A stretch of 63,059 bases of DNA, the filler included, from Olpidium bornovanus S191 (lineage: Eukaryota; Fungi; Olpidiomycota), in NCBI GenBank assembly GCA_017911155.1. It is 29 parts of 29 records of this genome, joined end to end, with 100 filler letters (N's around TTAATTAATTAA, not from the genome) between each part and the next. Parts side by side here need not be neighbours in the genome. Positions count along the whole stretch, not along the records: positions 12,413 to 13,658 come from JAEFCI010004220.1; positions 13,759 to 15,133 come from JAEFCI010008019.1; positions 15,234 to 16,706 come from JAEFCI010002674.1; positions 16,807 to 19,989 come from JAEFCI010006661.1; positions 20,090 to 22,967 come from JAEFCI010009586.1; positions 23,068 to 24,071 come from JAEFCI010012136.1; positions 24,172 to 28,721 come from JAEFCI010010572.1; 22 more parts are not named here. One strand, given 5' to 3'. Made by a program: the position numbers and the translations under genes. Below are positions 12,413 through 24,277 of this stretch, in pieces (positions within the stretch are counted from its first letter, which is position 1; every line of letters begins with the position of its first letter). The notes under the pieces are model-generated. The model was not told the DNA's origin. It searched no databases and saw only the letters and a program-made list of their open reading frames with translations.

Positions 12413-12612
12413 AAGGGGTAAATTTCGGTCTTCGTGACAGCGTTCAATCTGCGGTAATTGACACAGAAGCGGATTTCACCACCGGGCTTCGGTACGAGGA
12501 CTACCGGGGAGGCCCACGGGCTCGTCGACGGTGTGACAATGCTAGCTTCCTGCATGGTACGAATATGTTTGCGAATAATATCGCGTTGTGCGGGTGAAAC
12601 GCGGTACGGTAC
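12413..12612 (-). mobile_element. Ty3/gypsy reverse transcriptase N-terminal fragment
   Basis: PYRVSPAQRDIIRKHIRTMQEASIVTPSTSPWASPVVLVPKPGGEIRFCVNYRRLNAVTKTEIYP. Confidence 0.93.
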
Positions 12613-12653
12613 GCATCCCCGTTACGGTACGGTGGCATCCCCTTTTCAACATC

Positions 12654-12715
12654 CCCCTTTGTTTCAGGTCTCGTTTCAGCACGGGGATGCTGAAACGAGA
12701 CCTGAAACAAAGGGG
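12654..12715. repeat. Perfect 28-bp inverted repeat with 6-nt loop
   Basis: cccctttgtttcaggtctcgtttcagca / cgggga / tgctgaaacgagacctgaaacaaagggg. Confidence 0.97.
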
Positions 12716-13579
12716 TTCAGGGGGGAGATAGTGCACTGCGCCCACCCGGGTTTTCCCCTGAAATCCTCTCTATAAAAGTAGGGTAGATTCCCGGAATAGA
12801 GCAGCTCCCGCGAGCTCCTTTCGAACGCAGAATTCAAGAGGGGAGAGCGGGGGGGAGGTGGGGGAGTGGGGGCGAGTGGGGGGGAGGGAGGGAAAGGGAG
12901 GGAGGAGGCAGAGGAGGCAGAGGGAATGTGCGCGGGAAAGAAGGAATGGGCACCCGGTGAGCGCGCGTTGGGTATTGACCTTTGCGCGATGTGACTTCCT
13001 GTGAGGTTTTACCCCCTCCCCGACGTTTTTTTTTTTTCCCGGTTCCCTCCTATGACGCCCTGCTGTCGGGACGTGATCGCGGATTCCGCGCGGACGATTC
13101 GATCCAAACGAACTGTGCGAAAAGCCACTTTGTCCCACCTCTGGGCCCTTAAACCGGCCGTAAGATTGAGCTCCGCGACGGCGGTCGCGCGTCGGGGCCG
13201 CTGGTTTGTTCGCTCGGTTCCGCTGCAAATATTGCAGCACCTATAAATGCTGTATATTGACTGACCAGCACTGTGGTGGTTACATTGGCGCAAAATGTAA
13301 AAAGTATAAGTGCCTCAAACAGCCGCGGAGGGCGAACCGTTCGATCTTCCCGGCCGTCTCTGTATTCTCCGTCGGGCCCCGCCCGCCCGCCCTCCCGGGG
13401 ATTTCGACGCCCTCGTTTCGAAAACGCGACGGCCGCGTCTTCGTCTCGGGGCGAGGACTCCGGCGTCGTCGTCGTCGTCGCCGCCACCGTTGAACGCCCC
13501 AGCGGCATGCCGTTCTGGCCTTTTTTTGGGGGTGGGGGGCTTTTGCGCCGGAAAAAACCACGTCCGCGGCGACAGCACG

Positions 13580-13623
<44 letters not shown>

Positions 13624-13758
13624 CCCCCCCCCTCCTCCCCCCCCCCCCCCCCTCCCACNNNNNNNNNNNNNNNNNNNNNNNNNNNNNNNNNNNNNNNNNN
13701 NNTTAATTAATTAANNNNNNNNNNNNNNNNNNNNNNNNNNNNNNNNNNNNNNNNNNNN

Positions 13759-14531
13759 GCATGACGCGCGCGGCCGTCCGCCGCTTCCTGGTCGACTGGC
13801 ACCGGCTGGTGGACCTGGCGTTCGAGGCCCCGGAAGGCTCCGACAGGGGCACCCTCGCGGACGGATGCGTCGGAAAGCTCCCGATAAAAACCCGCGCGCT
13901 GGCGTTCCTTTCGCTGGCGCGGCGAGTCGCCGGGCCGGGGGCGAGCGTCTTCTGGTATCTGCTCGCGCTGAACCTGTTCTTCCCGGGCCTCAAGCTCGTC
14001 ACCATACGGACGCTGCCCAACATCCTGGCGGCCCTGGCCTTGATCGTGGTGTTTTCGATGCACCTGGTCTACCACCTCTCGCGTCTCCGGCCGATGTACT
14101 TCCTCTACCTCGTCCTGCACGCGGTCGTGGGCGTGCCGCTCTTCAACGTGATCCTGCCGCTGTGCGCGTTCTGGGCGGTCGACGACACGGACGAGGAGCG
14201 GGAGCCCGGGCCGACGACCGCGCCCGCCGGGGGCCGCGCGATGCCCTCGGGGGTCCGCCCCCGCGGGTGCGTCGACGACACGCCCGAAGACAGGCGCCGC
14301 CTGGCGCCGCGCGCGTGCCCGCTCCTGACGCCCCGCGAGTTCGAGGTCTTCTCGGACCGCTCGGAAGCCGACCCGCCCGAGCGGACGCGCCCGCCGTTCT
14401 CGGCGGACTTCGGCCTCGACCGCCCGCCGGCGGCCGACTGGACGGCCGCCGCGACTCTTCACCCGTGCGCGCACATCCCGTCGTCCCCGAAACTCGTGGT
14501 GAGCCCGCCACACGATTTTCAAGACCGGTGA
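13759..14531 (+). CDS. Divergent chitin synthase (class IV/V-like) C-terminal membrane region, 5'-partial
   Basis: VPLFNVILPLCAFWAVDD matches the P.f...LP.YaFW..DD terminus; TRALAFLSLARRVAGP matches mRF.v.ldL......P; three hydrophobic helices. Confidence 0.7.
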
Positions 14532-15026
14532 GAGATGGGACCCCGTTTCGCGCCCGCCCCCCTTCCCCCCGACCTTTTTGACCGCGTCGCTCTGTCCACC
14601 CCTCCCCCCCGTGTACTCCAAAGGGAAAAACAAAAAACGTTTTCTTAGACATGATCTCCTTCCCCTTTCCCCCCCCCCCCGCCCCCCTCTCCCCTCCTCT
14701 CTTCCCTTTCGCAACCGCCCCCTTCACGTTTTTTTTTGTGTTTTTTTTTTTGGTTTTTTTTGGTTTTTTTTTTGTTTTTTTGTTTTTTTTTACCTGGCTC
14801 TTGCATTTTGATTTTTCTTTTTCTTCCATCCCCCGCGAAAATTTCGGGGGTATCCTCTCCCCCCCCCACCCACTCTCTCTTCCCCTGGCCCGCCTCTTGC
14901 GGCCCTCCCGGTCCCCTCTTCCACTGTTCTTTTCTTTTTTTTCAATTGCCCTGACGCCCCGGTCCCACGTTTCTCACATACCGCAATGTCGAATATTTTG
15001 CACAGGCGCGCGATTGTTTCCGCTTC

Positions 15027-15133
<107 letters not shown>

Positions 15134-15301
15134 NNNNNNNNNNNNNNNNNNNNNNNNNNNNNNNNNNNNNNNNNNNNTTAATTAATTAANNNNNNNNNNN
15201 NNNNNNNNNNNNNNNNNNNNNNNNNNNNNNNNNCTAATGGAGATAATGTATTATGCAATATTGTATTCTTCGAAATAATAGTTATTATTTTGTATTGATC
15301 T

Positions 15302-15480
15302 GGCGACCAGCTCAGCCGGAAAAGCACTACGGGATTTGCAACTTTTGCTGCATGTGGCCTAATTCATTCGAAGTTGTGTCTGCAGGACTGTCTTGCAAAA
15401 TCTACACTTGATGCAGAGTATATCACGGCCTCACATGCGGCCCATGACACGGTTTCGCTACGACGCCTTTTGTCCGAACT
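15302..15480 (+). mobile_element. Ty1/copia RNase H fragment
   Basis: GDQLSRKSTTGF...KSTLDAEYITASHAAHDTVSLRRLLSEL. Confidence 0.85.
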
Positions 15481-16004
15481 GACGCAAAATATCTCCACTG
15501 TACCTAATGACTACCGCAACCAAGTCACCAACAATGGTGATGAGTCAGGAATACTGGCGGGCATCCGCGCAGACCCTGGGGGGCGTTCGCGCGGCGTCTT
15601 GCTCCTGTCTTCTCCTTCGGGGCCCACCGTGCGGGCCGTCGCGCGGTCGCCGCCCATGGTCGCTGGTTGGCCCCTCCGTCTCTCTTGTCTCCGCGCGAGT
15701 CCCGTCTCGGAGTGCGTTGACAGGCGGTTCGCACACGCGTGGTTTCCAGGGGGGCTCGGGGGTTTATCGGGGGGATTTGGTCCAGATCACGTGACCCTGG
15801 GGCCCCGGACGGGCCCCAAGGCACCCGCGGGCACCACACCCCCCGTACTCTCCTCGCCGGGCGGAGGAGGGAGAGAGTCAATCTCGCGGCGCGCCAGGCG
15901 GGCCATTCCAACGTACCGAGTTGCCGAGCAGCCGCGTCATCTGCTCGGCAACTTCTGTGGTGGCGCTGTTTCCACCGCCAAGTTCGAGCGGGGAAGATGC
16001 AAGG

Positions 16005-16046
<42 letters not shown>

Positions 16047-16546
16047 CGGCGGCGGGTGGGCTGGTTCTGATGCCGTTTTCCACGTAAAGTTCCGGCGGGG
16101 GAGGTGTGAGGGGGGGCGGTTGGGTGGGTGTTCCCCCTTCTTCGGGCTGAAGCAGTTTCGCGACCTGCTTGGGTCTAAGGCCTATTGCGAGGCAGTTTTC
16201 GGGACGTGTATCGCCCGTACCGAGTTCATTCTAATGCGCTCTCTGTAGTGCCCATAACGAATTTGCTTCGATGTGCCCATCGAAGCGCCCGCCCTGATGG
16301 CTGTACGGCTTTCCCGAGGGGGGGAGGGGGGGATAAAAACCCCTCTCGAGGAGCGCGCCTGCAAGTGAATTCGCACTTTGCCCCCACCACAACAACCACA
16401 ACAAGGAAATAAACGCTTTCCTTCCCGCTTCGCCCATCGCTCGTCGCCCTCCGCCCGCGCTCCCCGCTCCTGCTCCTACGCTTCCGGCTCCGCTTTCGCA
16501 GCTATGGGCCTTTCAAATACCCCTTGGACGTATTGCGGTACCCTAC

Positions 16547-16677
16547 AAAAACCAGCATCGGCGTGTTGTGCCTTGATGAGGTCGGCATGCGCCTTGATGG
16601 TATCAGTGCCGACGTAGAGGTCAACGGCATCACGGGAATCGACATTGGGGTTGTTTGGACGGTTTGTCTTGATCTTG
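16547..16677 (-). CDS. Probable internal exon of an unidentified gene
   Basis: CAG..GT-bounded frame KIKTNRPNNPNVDSRDAVDLYVGTDTIKAHADLIKAQHADAGF; family not recognised. Confidence 0.3.
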
Positions 16678-17254
16678 CTGCGGTGGTGACAACGGAAGGA
16701 GCGTCANNNNNNNNNNNNNNNNNNNNNNNNNNNNNNNNNNNNNNNNNNNNTTAATTAATTAANNNNNNNNNNNNNNNNNNNNNNNNNNNNNNNNNNNNNN
16801 NNNNNNCCTGAGGATTTCGCCAGGCATCGCTCTAACTGGTTTCGAGTGTCCCTCGAGGAAAAAAAAAAGTCGATCTCCTCACCCAAGTCGCACGCGTTTT
16901 CAGCGAACAAAAGGAATCTCTTGCATGGAAAAAAAAATCAAAAGTCGATCTTACGGAGGTCGCCTTTGTTTTCAAAATGGTCGGCGGTGGGGGCGGGGGG
17001 GGGTGGTGAGGTGGGGGGTGGGGGTCTATCATGCAGGAAAACAATTGGGATCACGCCGGGTGGAAAGAATATCTACCGATGGGGAGCCCGCAAATTTGGG
17101 CCGCCGAGCCTAGGAAAATAAGCGGACGCTGAGCGCGCGCAGTGGCACGGAAGCCGTCCCCAAGTCGGGCAAAACCGCGTTACGTTAGAAGGAAACCTCC
17201 GAGCTCCTCGTCCTCTTCGCAGGAAGGGGAAGAGGGGGAAAAAACACAAAAACC

Positions 17255-18602
17255 CTACAGGAACGCCGGCGTCTTCAATAGCCTCCTCCCGCCGCTTTCG
17301 CGTGCGCTGGGCCAGACGTCCTCGAAGAAATAGTAGAAATGTCCCACGGCGATTCCCATGAGGTCCGCGGTGGGAAACACGTTGTTGAGGAGGACCGCAA
17401 AGCCGAGAAGGACCCACGGCAGGAACGGAGCGGAGAAATTGAAGAGGCCCAGGAAATTGAGCCGAACTTGCGGGGTCCGCCGCGACCAGATGTACACGAG
17501 CGTGAAGGCCAGCGGTGCGCCCAGGAAAGGGAGCGGCGTTATGTAAGCTAATCCCTGAGGGATAGGCAAGGCGGTGCCGGTCAGCCATCCGGGGGTAGGA
17601 TAAAAGAAAGCCGAACGTGCGCATTCAAGAAAGGAAGTAAAATAAAAATAAATAACGAACGTGTCAATACACGGAAGAAAGTAGCGGCAGGGGGAGGGGG
17701 GAGGAGAGGGGGGGGTTACTCACGAGCAGTAGCGACGCGGACACGACGATGAGCCAGACGAAGTCTGCCGTTCGACCGGCGAACGAGCTCTCCTCGAGCA
17801 TGCGGCTATATCTTACGCTTCGAGTTCGTATTTTTTCCCCCGTCCGCAGGTATGCAAAAAGAAAACAGGCGTACCGGTTGGCGAAAACGTCGTGTGCCGA
17901 TTTTACGCGTTCCAAAGATTTTAACGTCAAGGCGGAGGGTAAGGTGGGTGAAGGGTCGCGAGGCGTGCGAAAACTAACATTTATCAAGAACGCCTCTTTT
18001 TTTTCGTTGACGTACAGGAAAAACATGTGGAACATAAAATCCAAAGATATCGGCCCGAAATAGAGGAAATTTGTAACGAGCCTCCAGTACTGGGCGCGCG
18101 GGCGCGTTTTTTTTCCCCCGGACGATGTGCAAAGCAAAGTTCAATTAGGTCAGCCAAAACCAGACAGCCTCAATTCAGAAAAAGCGGCAAAACGGGGTTG
18201 GAGAGTAGAGTTTCGCAGAGGCGGTGCCCACCCCCCGCTCCCCCTCTCCCCTCTTCGCCTGTGCGAGGTGTTGGTCGGCGATATACCGACGCACGGCGCC
18301 CCGCAGCTGCCGCCGGGCGAAGCTCCAGCACCGAACGGAACACCGCCCGTTGCAACCGTGTCCGCAAAGCAGTTCCCTGCACTGCGCCGGTTAGTCCCCT
18401 TCCCGCACCTGCCGTTTGTTGACCACCAATTCGTAGCTGAGGTACATCCGGAACGGGGTTACGAACCCTAATTCCTGGGATTAAGGCAAAGCAGAGGCCG
18501 GTTTTACGTATCAGAAAACAAAACGAGATACAGAGTGAGAGAGGAGTGAGAGTGTGAGGGAGAGAGGGAGGGAAAGAGAGTGAGTGAGAGGGGGAAGGGG
18601 AG

Positions 18603-18640
<38 letters not shown>

Positions 18641-18921
18641 GGAGAGAGATAAAGAGCAAACACTGGCAAACGCTCCAGTCCGGGGCCAAGGGACCCAGAT
18701 CCACCAACTTTAAGCAACAGCCGCAGCGGCAGCAACAGCAGATCCCGTCCGACACGCCGCTCTCCACAGACCGACCGAGTCTCCCCAAGGGTTCACGGGC
18801 GGGGACATGGGCATGTTGCGGCAGGCAGACGCACCACCGCTAGGCTTGTCAGCACGGCGGCTGACAGATACACCCGTGATACGATTGGTATCTCGAAGTA
18901 CCACGACTCCACAGGGTTCAT
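17255..18921 (-). CDS. DER1: Derlin (ERAD membrane protein); exons 18921-18835, 18474-18409, 18089-18016, 17817-17724, 17554-17255
   Basis: Spliced product [19 protein letters not shown]...[44 protein letters not shown]...[13 protein letters not shown]...[16 protein letters not shown]; all introns GT..AG. Confidence 0.95.
18607..18639. repeat. (AG)n microsatellite in derlin intron 1
   Basis: Perfect AG dinucleotide run. Confidence 0.95.
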
Positions 18922-19126
18922 CTTAGCACGGGAAACGGTTGGGCAGGGACGGGTTGGAGCGGGGGTGGGAGTGTGCATGCGGAGGTCGTTGAGAGGAGAG
19001 AACGGGATGCAAAGGCAAGCAAGACCGCAGCTCCGATCACGTGACGCGTTGGGGGTCATCTCGACCCGTCGGGTGCGTCGGGCCGGGGTTGAAGCCACGT
19101 GACAGGCGGCTTTACGTCGTCAAGGA

Positions 19127-19640
19127 GTGATAGGCCCACTGAAATCACAACAACTGGCCGCCATCCTGGTTTTATACGTGGATGACATCAAAATCGCCGG
19201 CGCCGATCAAGCCATAATCGAAGCAGAAAAGATCGCCCTGGCAGACGAATTCAACGGTATAGTATGGTCGCCAGTAAAGTTCTATTTCCGCGATCGAGTT
19301 CAGCGCTCGGAACACGGAATCGCACTTAACCAAAAACATCACATCGAATTCGCCATTACCCGATTCGGACTCAACCACGCTAACCCTGTCAACAACAATG
19401 GATTCCGGAACGCAATTACGACAGTGGGATCCTGTCACTGACGAGGAAGGCGACCAATCCACCTTTTAAAAGCTAATCGGCACACTTTCCTACATTGCCG
19501 GCTCCACGAGACCAGACATCAGTTACGCCGTCAACCGCTTAGCCACGTTTAGTGCAGACCCAACGCCACTGCACCTGAAAGCCGCCAAACGGATACTACG
19601 GTACCTCAAGGCGACAAGCTCGTACGGAATTCTTATCTAA
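19127..19640 (+). mobile_element. Ty1/copia reverse transcriptase fragment, degraded
   Basis: LVLYVDDIKIAG, LNQKHHIE, then a frameshift to KLIGTLSYIAGSTRPDISYAVNRLATFSADPTPLHLKAAKRILRYLK. Confidence 0.92.
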
Positions 19641-19699
19641 CGTACCGGGAATGCCGACAGCAACCCGGGCCACGTGAACCACACCCTACACACATACGT

Positions 19700-19866
19700 T
19701 TGAATCAAACCAAGACCCATATCAACCAAATCAAATCAACCAATACTCAAATCAACCAAATCAAATCAAATCAAATCAAATCAAATCAAATCAAATCAAA
19801 TCAAATCAAATCAAATCAAATCAAATCAAATCAAATCAAATCAACCGAATCAAACTAAGATTCAAA
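19700..19866 (+). repeat. (AAATC)n microsatellite block flanked by 14-bp direct repeats
   Basis: Perfect core at about 19758-19843 with degenerate edges; flanks ctacac(a/g)catacgt at 19686-19699 and 19867-19880. Confidence 0.92.
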
Positions 19867-20090
19867 CTACACGCATACGTCCGACTTCGAGGGCGCCCTG
19901 GCGTGCCGGTTCGTGAGCTACGGCGACGTCGTGTTGAACAAGGGCCGATTGAATGGCCTGTTCGCGAAGATGATATCCAGTAGACATGANNNNNNNNNNN
20001 NNNNNNNNNNNNNNNNNNNNNNNNNNNNNNNNNTTAATTAATTAANNNNNNNNNNNNNNNNNNNNNNNNNNNNNNNNNNNNNNNNNNNNC

Positions 20091-20207
20091 ATGGAGGAGG
20101 GCGAGTTTTCCGAGGCCCGCGAGGACCTGGCGGCGCTGGAGAAGGACTACGAGGAGGTCGGAACCGACAGCGTCGAGGGCGAAGAGGAGGAGGCCGAGGA
20201 GTATTGA
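20091..20207 (+). CDS. TUB1: Alpha-tubulin C-terminus, 5'-partial
   Basis: [38 protein letters not shown], ending in the C-terminal EEY. Confidence 0.97.
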   Translation: MEEGEFSEAREDLAALEKDYEEVGTDSVEGEEEEAEEY

Positions 20208-20756
20208 GCGAGGCCGGACCGGAGAAACTCTCGACCTTGTTAGTTTGGAGGTCTTGTTTTTTCCTTGTCACCCATTCCCTTCCCGTACCCTTTACATGAT
20301 CCCTTACCCCCACCCCCATGGCCTTTCCAGGGGCAGAAAGCCGCGCCCCCCCGCTTCCCCCTTCCCCCCGGCCGTTTAGTGTTTTGAGATGACGGAATTG
20401 GTTTTTGCGAGACTCGAACTTTTCAGAAAGCGCGGCGGTCCCCTTCCTTCTTTGCCGTCTGGCCGCGTTGTATTTTCCATTTTATTGGACATCGGCGGAG
20501 GGCAGCGCAATTTCCCGGATTATTGTTTCCCCAGCGCACTCTGCTCACTTTTTAGCACGCGCGCCTTCGGGATCGACTTTGAGTGAAGGGGGGGGGGGCC
20601 GGGGGCGCGCGGAGACAGGGGGAGGGGCAAAGGGGGGCCGGAGTTTTATTGATCATTCAGAACTTTGAATCTCACAAATTCTAATTAATGTGAGGGGGGC
20701 AGTGCCCAAGCCGCGCGCGACCGACGTAATAAACCTGCGCACCGGTAAACGAAAAC

Positions 20757-20801
<45 letters not shown>

Positions 20802-21067
20802 AAAAAAAAAAAAGAAAACCAAAACGAACCCTCTCCCCGCCCCACACCCTACCCCGCTTTGCGCACTTTTTTTTTGATTTTTTCTTTTTCTTTTTTTTTT
20901 CGTTTTTTTTTTTTTTTTTGTTCTCAACGGAGTATAACATGGCGCGTTGGTACCGCGCGAGAAGTCACTTTACGGCCTCGTCGTAGTCGGTTTTGGGCGC
21001 AAAAGAGAAATTTTGCGTTACGCGTTTTGGGCTTCCCCTCACACCCTGTTGCTATGGGAACTGCATA

Positions 21068-21099
<32 letters not shown>

Positions 21100-21501
21100 C
21101 CCCCCCCCCCCCCCCCCGCCCCCCCCCCCCCCCCCCCCTCCCCCCCCAAACCGGTAGGGGTTCACCGGTAGGGCCAAAAAACTTGCTGGTTTTACGTTTT
21201 TCAGAACACTTCCCGGGAGCCGCTTTTGCTTGTGGCCTCTCGAAGGTGTGGGTACTCCCGGCGCTCAAATCCAAAAGTCTCGAGCGCCCTCACGGGATAC
21301 ACAAAAACGAGGAGTCAAATTCTCCCGAGGAGACCGCCCCCCACCCACCCCCCGTTTTTGGTCCGGTCCAGGGAAGAGATTCTCAATAAATGTTTTTGCC
21401 GGACCAAAAACAGCCTGTTTTTTTCGACTAGCCTAAACAATCAATGAGAATCTTAATAAAACCGGGACCAGAAATTCCGCCAAGGCGCACCGCCGTGGTG
21501 C

Positions 21502-21572
21502 GCCATGGAAGGAGCCATGGAAGGAGCCATGGAAGGAGCCACGGAGGGGGCCATGGAGGGGGCCATGGAGGG
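21502..21572 (+). repeat. 12-bp tandem repeat x6
   Basis: gccatggaagga x3 grading into gcca(c/t)ggagggg x3, followed directly by TATATAA. Confidence 0.9.
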
Positions 21573-21910
21573 ATATATAAGGAGAGCCTCTTTACGTCCC
21601 CCCCCCCCTTCCCCTTCATCCGGTTTACTCGCAGAGCACAATAAGCACCAAACACAACAACGGACAGGCTCCGTTTTTCAGCACGTTATCAGCACCACGC
21701 CACCGCCGCCACTGCCCCCCGCACCAAAGCAGACAACCTCACCTCTCGACCTTTTCATGAAACAAAAAAAAAAAAAAAAAAAAAAAGAGTCTTCTACCGC
21801 CCCCCGCGCCGCCCGCCGCCCAGAAAGCTCAACTTCTGACGCCGCGCGTCAACAGCCTCTCGATTCCCGCCTCTTGACATCAGACGGGGAGGACTACCTT
21901 GCCTGGCGCC

Positions 21911-22894
21911 TTAACGCGAAAGCCTTTGCTGCACGCTTGCTGCAAGGCGCTCGCCGACCGTCAGGCCTTCGAGCCGGATGGCGCTGGTTCTGCCAACGCT
22001 CATCGACGTGGCCTGATCCCGCTCGGCTAGTAGTGGTGCCCGCATTCCCCCTGTGCCCGGACGAACACCCGGGAACGGTCGAGACTCCGGCCGGCAGACG
22101 AGGCCGCGGTTGTCGATTCGCGCTTCTCCACGGTCGATGGTCCGCCGAAAGTCCACGCAATCACGGCGGACGTGGCCCTCTCGGTCGCACCACATGCAGA
22201 CTCGGGCCTGTCGAGTCCCCTGTCCTCCCGTCAAAGGTGGGCCCGGCTCCCAGCGAGCCCGACTCGGCGCCATCGGCGGCGTCGGTCCGGCGGCCGATTG
22301 CATACGTTTGATCGCCGCGATGAAGTTGAGGGAGAGCCGTTCCAACCAATCACATATATCGCTCACCTCCCCTTGTCGAGCTCCGGCGGGGGGCATCGGC
22401 GCGTCGCCCAACGGTTTCGCTGTGTTCTTACTGAGTTTGACCACGGACGGCCGAGGCGCTTCTTCGACTCGGCGGACGACCCGAGTCACCTTCGCCATGT
22501 TCCGGATCCCCTCCGAAACCCGTACCCAGTCCGCCATCAGGGCATCCCCTTCCCTCAAGGTCTTGGCCACCTCGCGCCGAGTGGCCACCGGCATCGCGCG
22601 CAACAGCCATACCGTTTTCTCTGCGAAATAAGCACGCTCGGTCGCGTCGAGGTCCCCGTACCTCCGATCAAACCCCCGCAAGATGTCGTCGGGATCTTCT
22701 CGGCCCTCTGGCCTGTCGATCCATGCCACAAAACGTTCGACCGTTACCCATGTCTCGTCGAACCGTCGGAAGGCTTCACGCAGCCTTTCCTTCGCCCGCA
22801 CCCACGTCGTGCCCATCGTCAATTCGCGAACCTGTTTGTTAAAGTCTTCATGTACCGTCAGTTTGAACTGCGGCGCGATGTCCGTGTCTGCCAA
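21911..22894 (-). mobile_element. Ty3/gypsy-type Gag with zinc knuckle
   Basis: 327-aa intronless ORF with CMWCDREGHVRRDC (CX2CX4HX4C) followed by G...GGMR. Confidence 0.85.
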
Positions 22895-23093
22895 GCGGAG
22901 CGGTTTTATGGTGACTTCGAACCGCCGTAGGTGTTGGGGGGGGGAGAGGGGGTGTGTGGAACCTGGGNNNNNNNNNNNNNNNNNNNNNNNNNNNNNNNNN
23001 NNNNNNNNNNNTTAATTAATTAANNNNNNNNNNNNNNNNNNNNNNNNNNNNNNNNNNNNNNNNNNNNAAAACAAAGAAAAAAGGAAAAAAAGA

Positions 23094-23315
23094 GTACGCC
23101 GTCAACCGCAACAAAAAACGGTACGCCGGCGGCCGCTACAAAAGAAAAAAAGCTGGTCCGGCACCCAGGTACGCCGGCGGCCGCTGCAAAGAAAAAAAAA
23201 GTGGCCCGGCACCCAAATACGCCGGCGGCCCGCTCTCCACTTCCCCCGAAAAAATTAAAGTACGCCGGCGCCTTCCTCCCCGATCCTTCTTAAAAAAAAC
23301 GTACGCTGGCGACCG
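23094..23315 (+). repeat. Degenerate 41-48-bp minisatellite
   Basis: Core tacgccggcg at 23122, 23170, 23218 and 23261, with degenerate copies at 23094 and 23302; the first units are nearly identical 48-mers. Confidence 0.8.
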
Positions 23316-24008
23316 CAAAAAAAAAGCGATCAGATGGCCCGGCGGTGCTTAAGGACGCCGGAGAAATATATAAAAAAAGAAATGCCGGGCAGGGAACGGA
23401 AACTTGTACGCGGCAGAGCGCAGCTCTTCAATGCAAACAGCAAAGACAGGGCGCAAGACATTGTCACAACGAAGGCGAGCCAACCCTCCAGGAATTCTAC
23501 ACACACATTTCGCCGCCGGCTAACAGCGGCAACGAAGTGCATGCAAATTCATGAACCGGACGTTTATGGATCGGCTGCGTCACCGGCCGTCCGGCCCGAG
23601 CCGCATGCGAGCCGCCTGCCTGTCTGCTCCAAAAATATCAGCCGCGCCTGTACCCCCCGGTCTCTGCTCCAAAAAATGTCAGCCGCGGTATGTACCGTGC
23701 CCTTTCGGGCCGTGGGAGGGGTTCGTTTGGCAGCTGCTTTTGTCATGCGCACCCTTCCGCCTGACCGTTCGCCAGCTGCTGATGTCATACTAATGTCATG
23801 CGCGTTGGCCCGCCTCCAGGCTACCTTTGGCCGCTTATCGCCGCCGCTTACCGCCCTCCGGGTCCCAGGCCCGTTTCTCCCGTCCCTCGCGGCGACTTCC
23901 CCCCTCTCCTGCCCCCTCCCCCTCCCACCTCCCCCTCCCACCTCCTCCCCCCCACCCGCGACCTATGACAGGTCAGAGTCCCACTGCGGCGGATCGGGCC
24001 AGGACCCC

Positions 24009-24055
<47 letters not shown>

Positions 24056-24171
24056 CGGCGCCCCCCCCCCCNNNNNNNNNNNNNNNNNNNNNNNNNNNNN
24101 NNNNNNNNNNNNNNNTTAATTAATTAANNNNNNNNNNNNNNNNNNNNNNNNNNNNNNNNNNNNNNNNNNNN

Positions 24172-24277
24172 AAAAAGTGCGGCAACTCCTGGCACGTGAT
24201 TATCGGTGAGGGCTTCGAGTTTGAAATAACGTACGAGATGAAGAACCTCCTGTATATGTACTTTGGAGGGCTCATAG
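24172..24277 (+). CDS. DNAL4: Dynein light chain, axonemal DNAL4-like, partial exon
   Basis: KKCGNSWHVIIGEGFEFEITYEMKNLLYMYFGGLI, followed by donor GTGCG at 24278; matches the DNAL4 pattern WHVvvGEGFgFEIthE.KnllYmfFGG. Confidence 0.85.
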
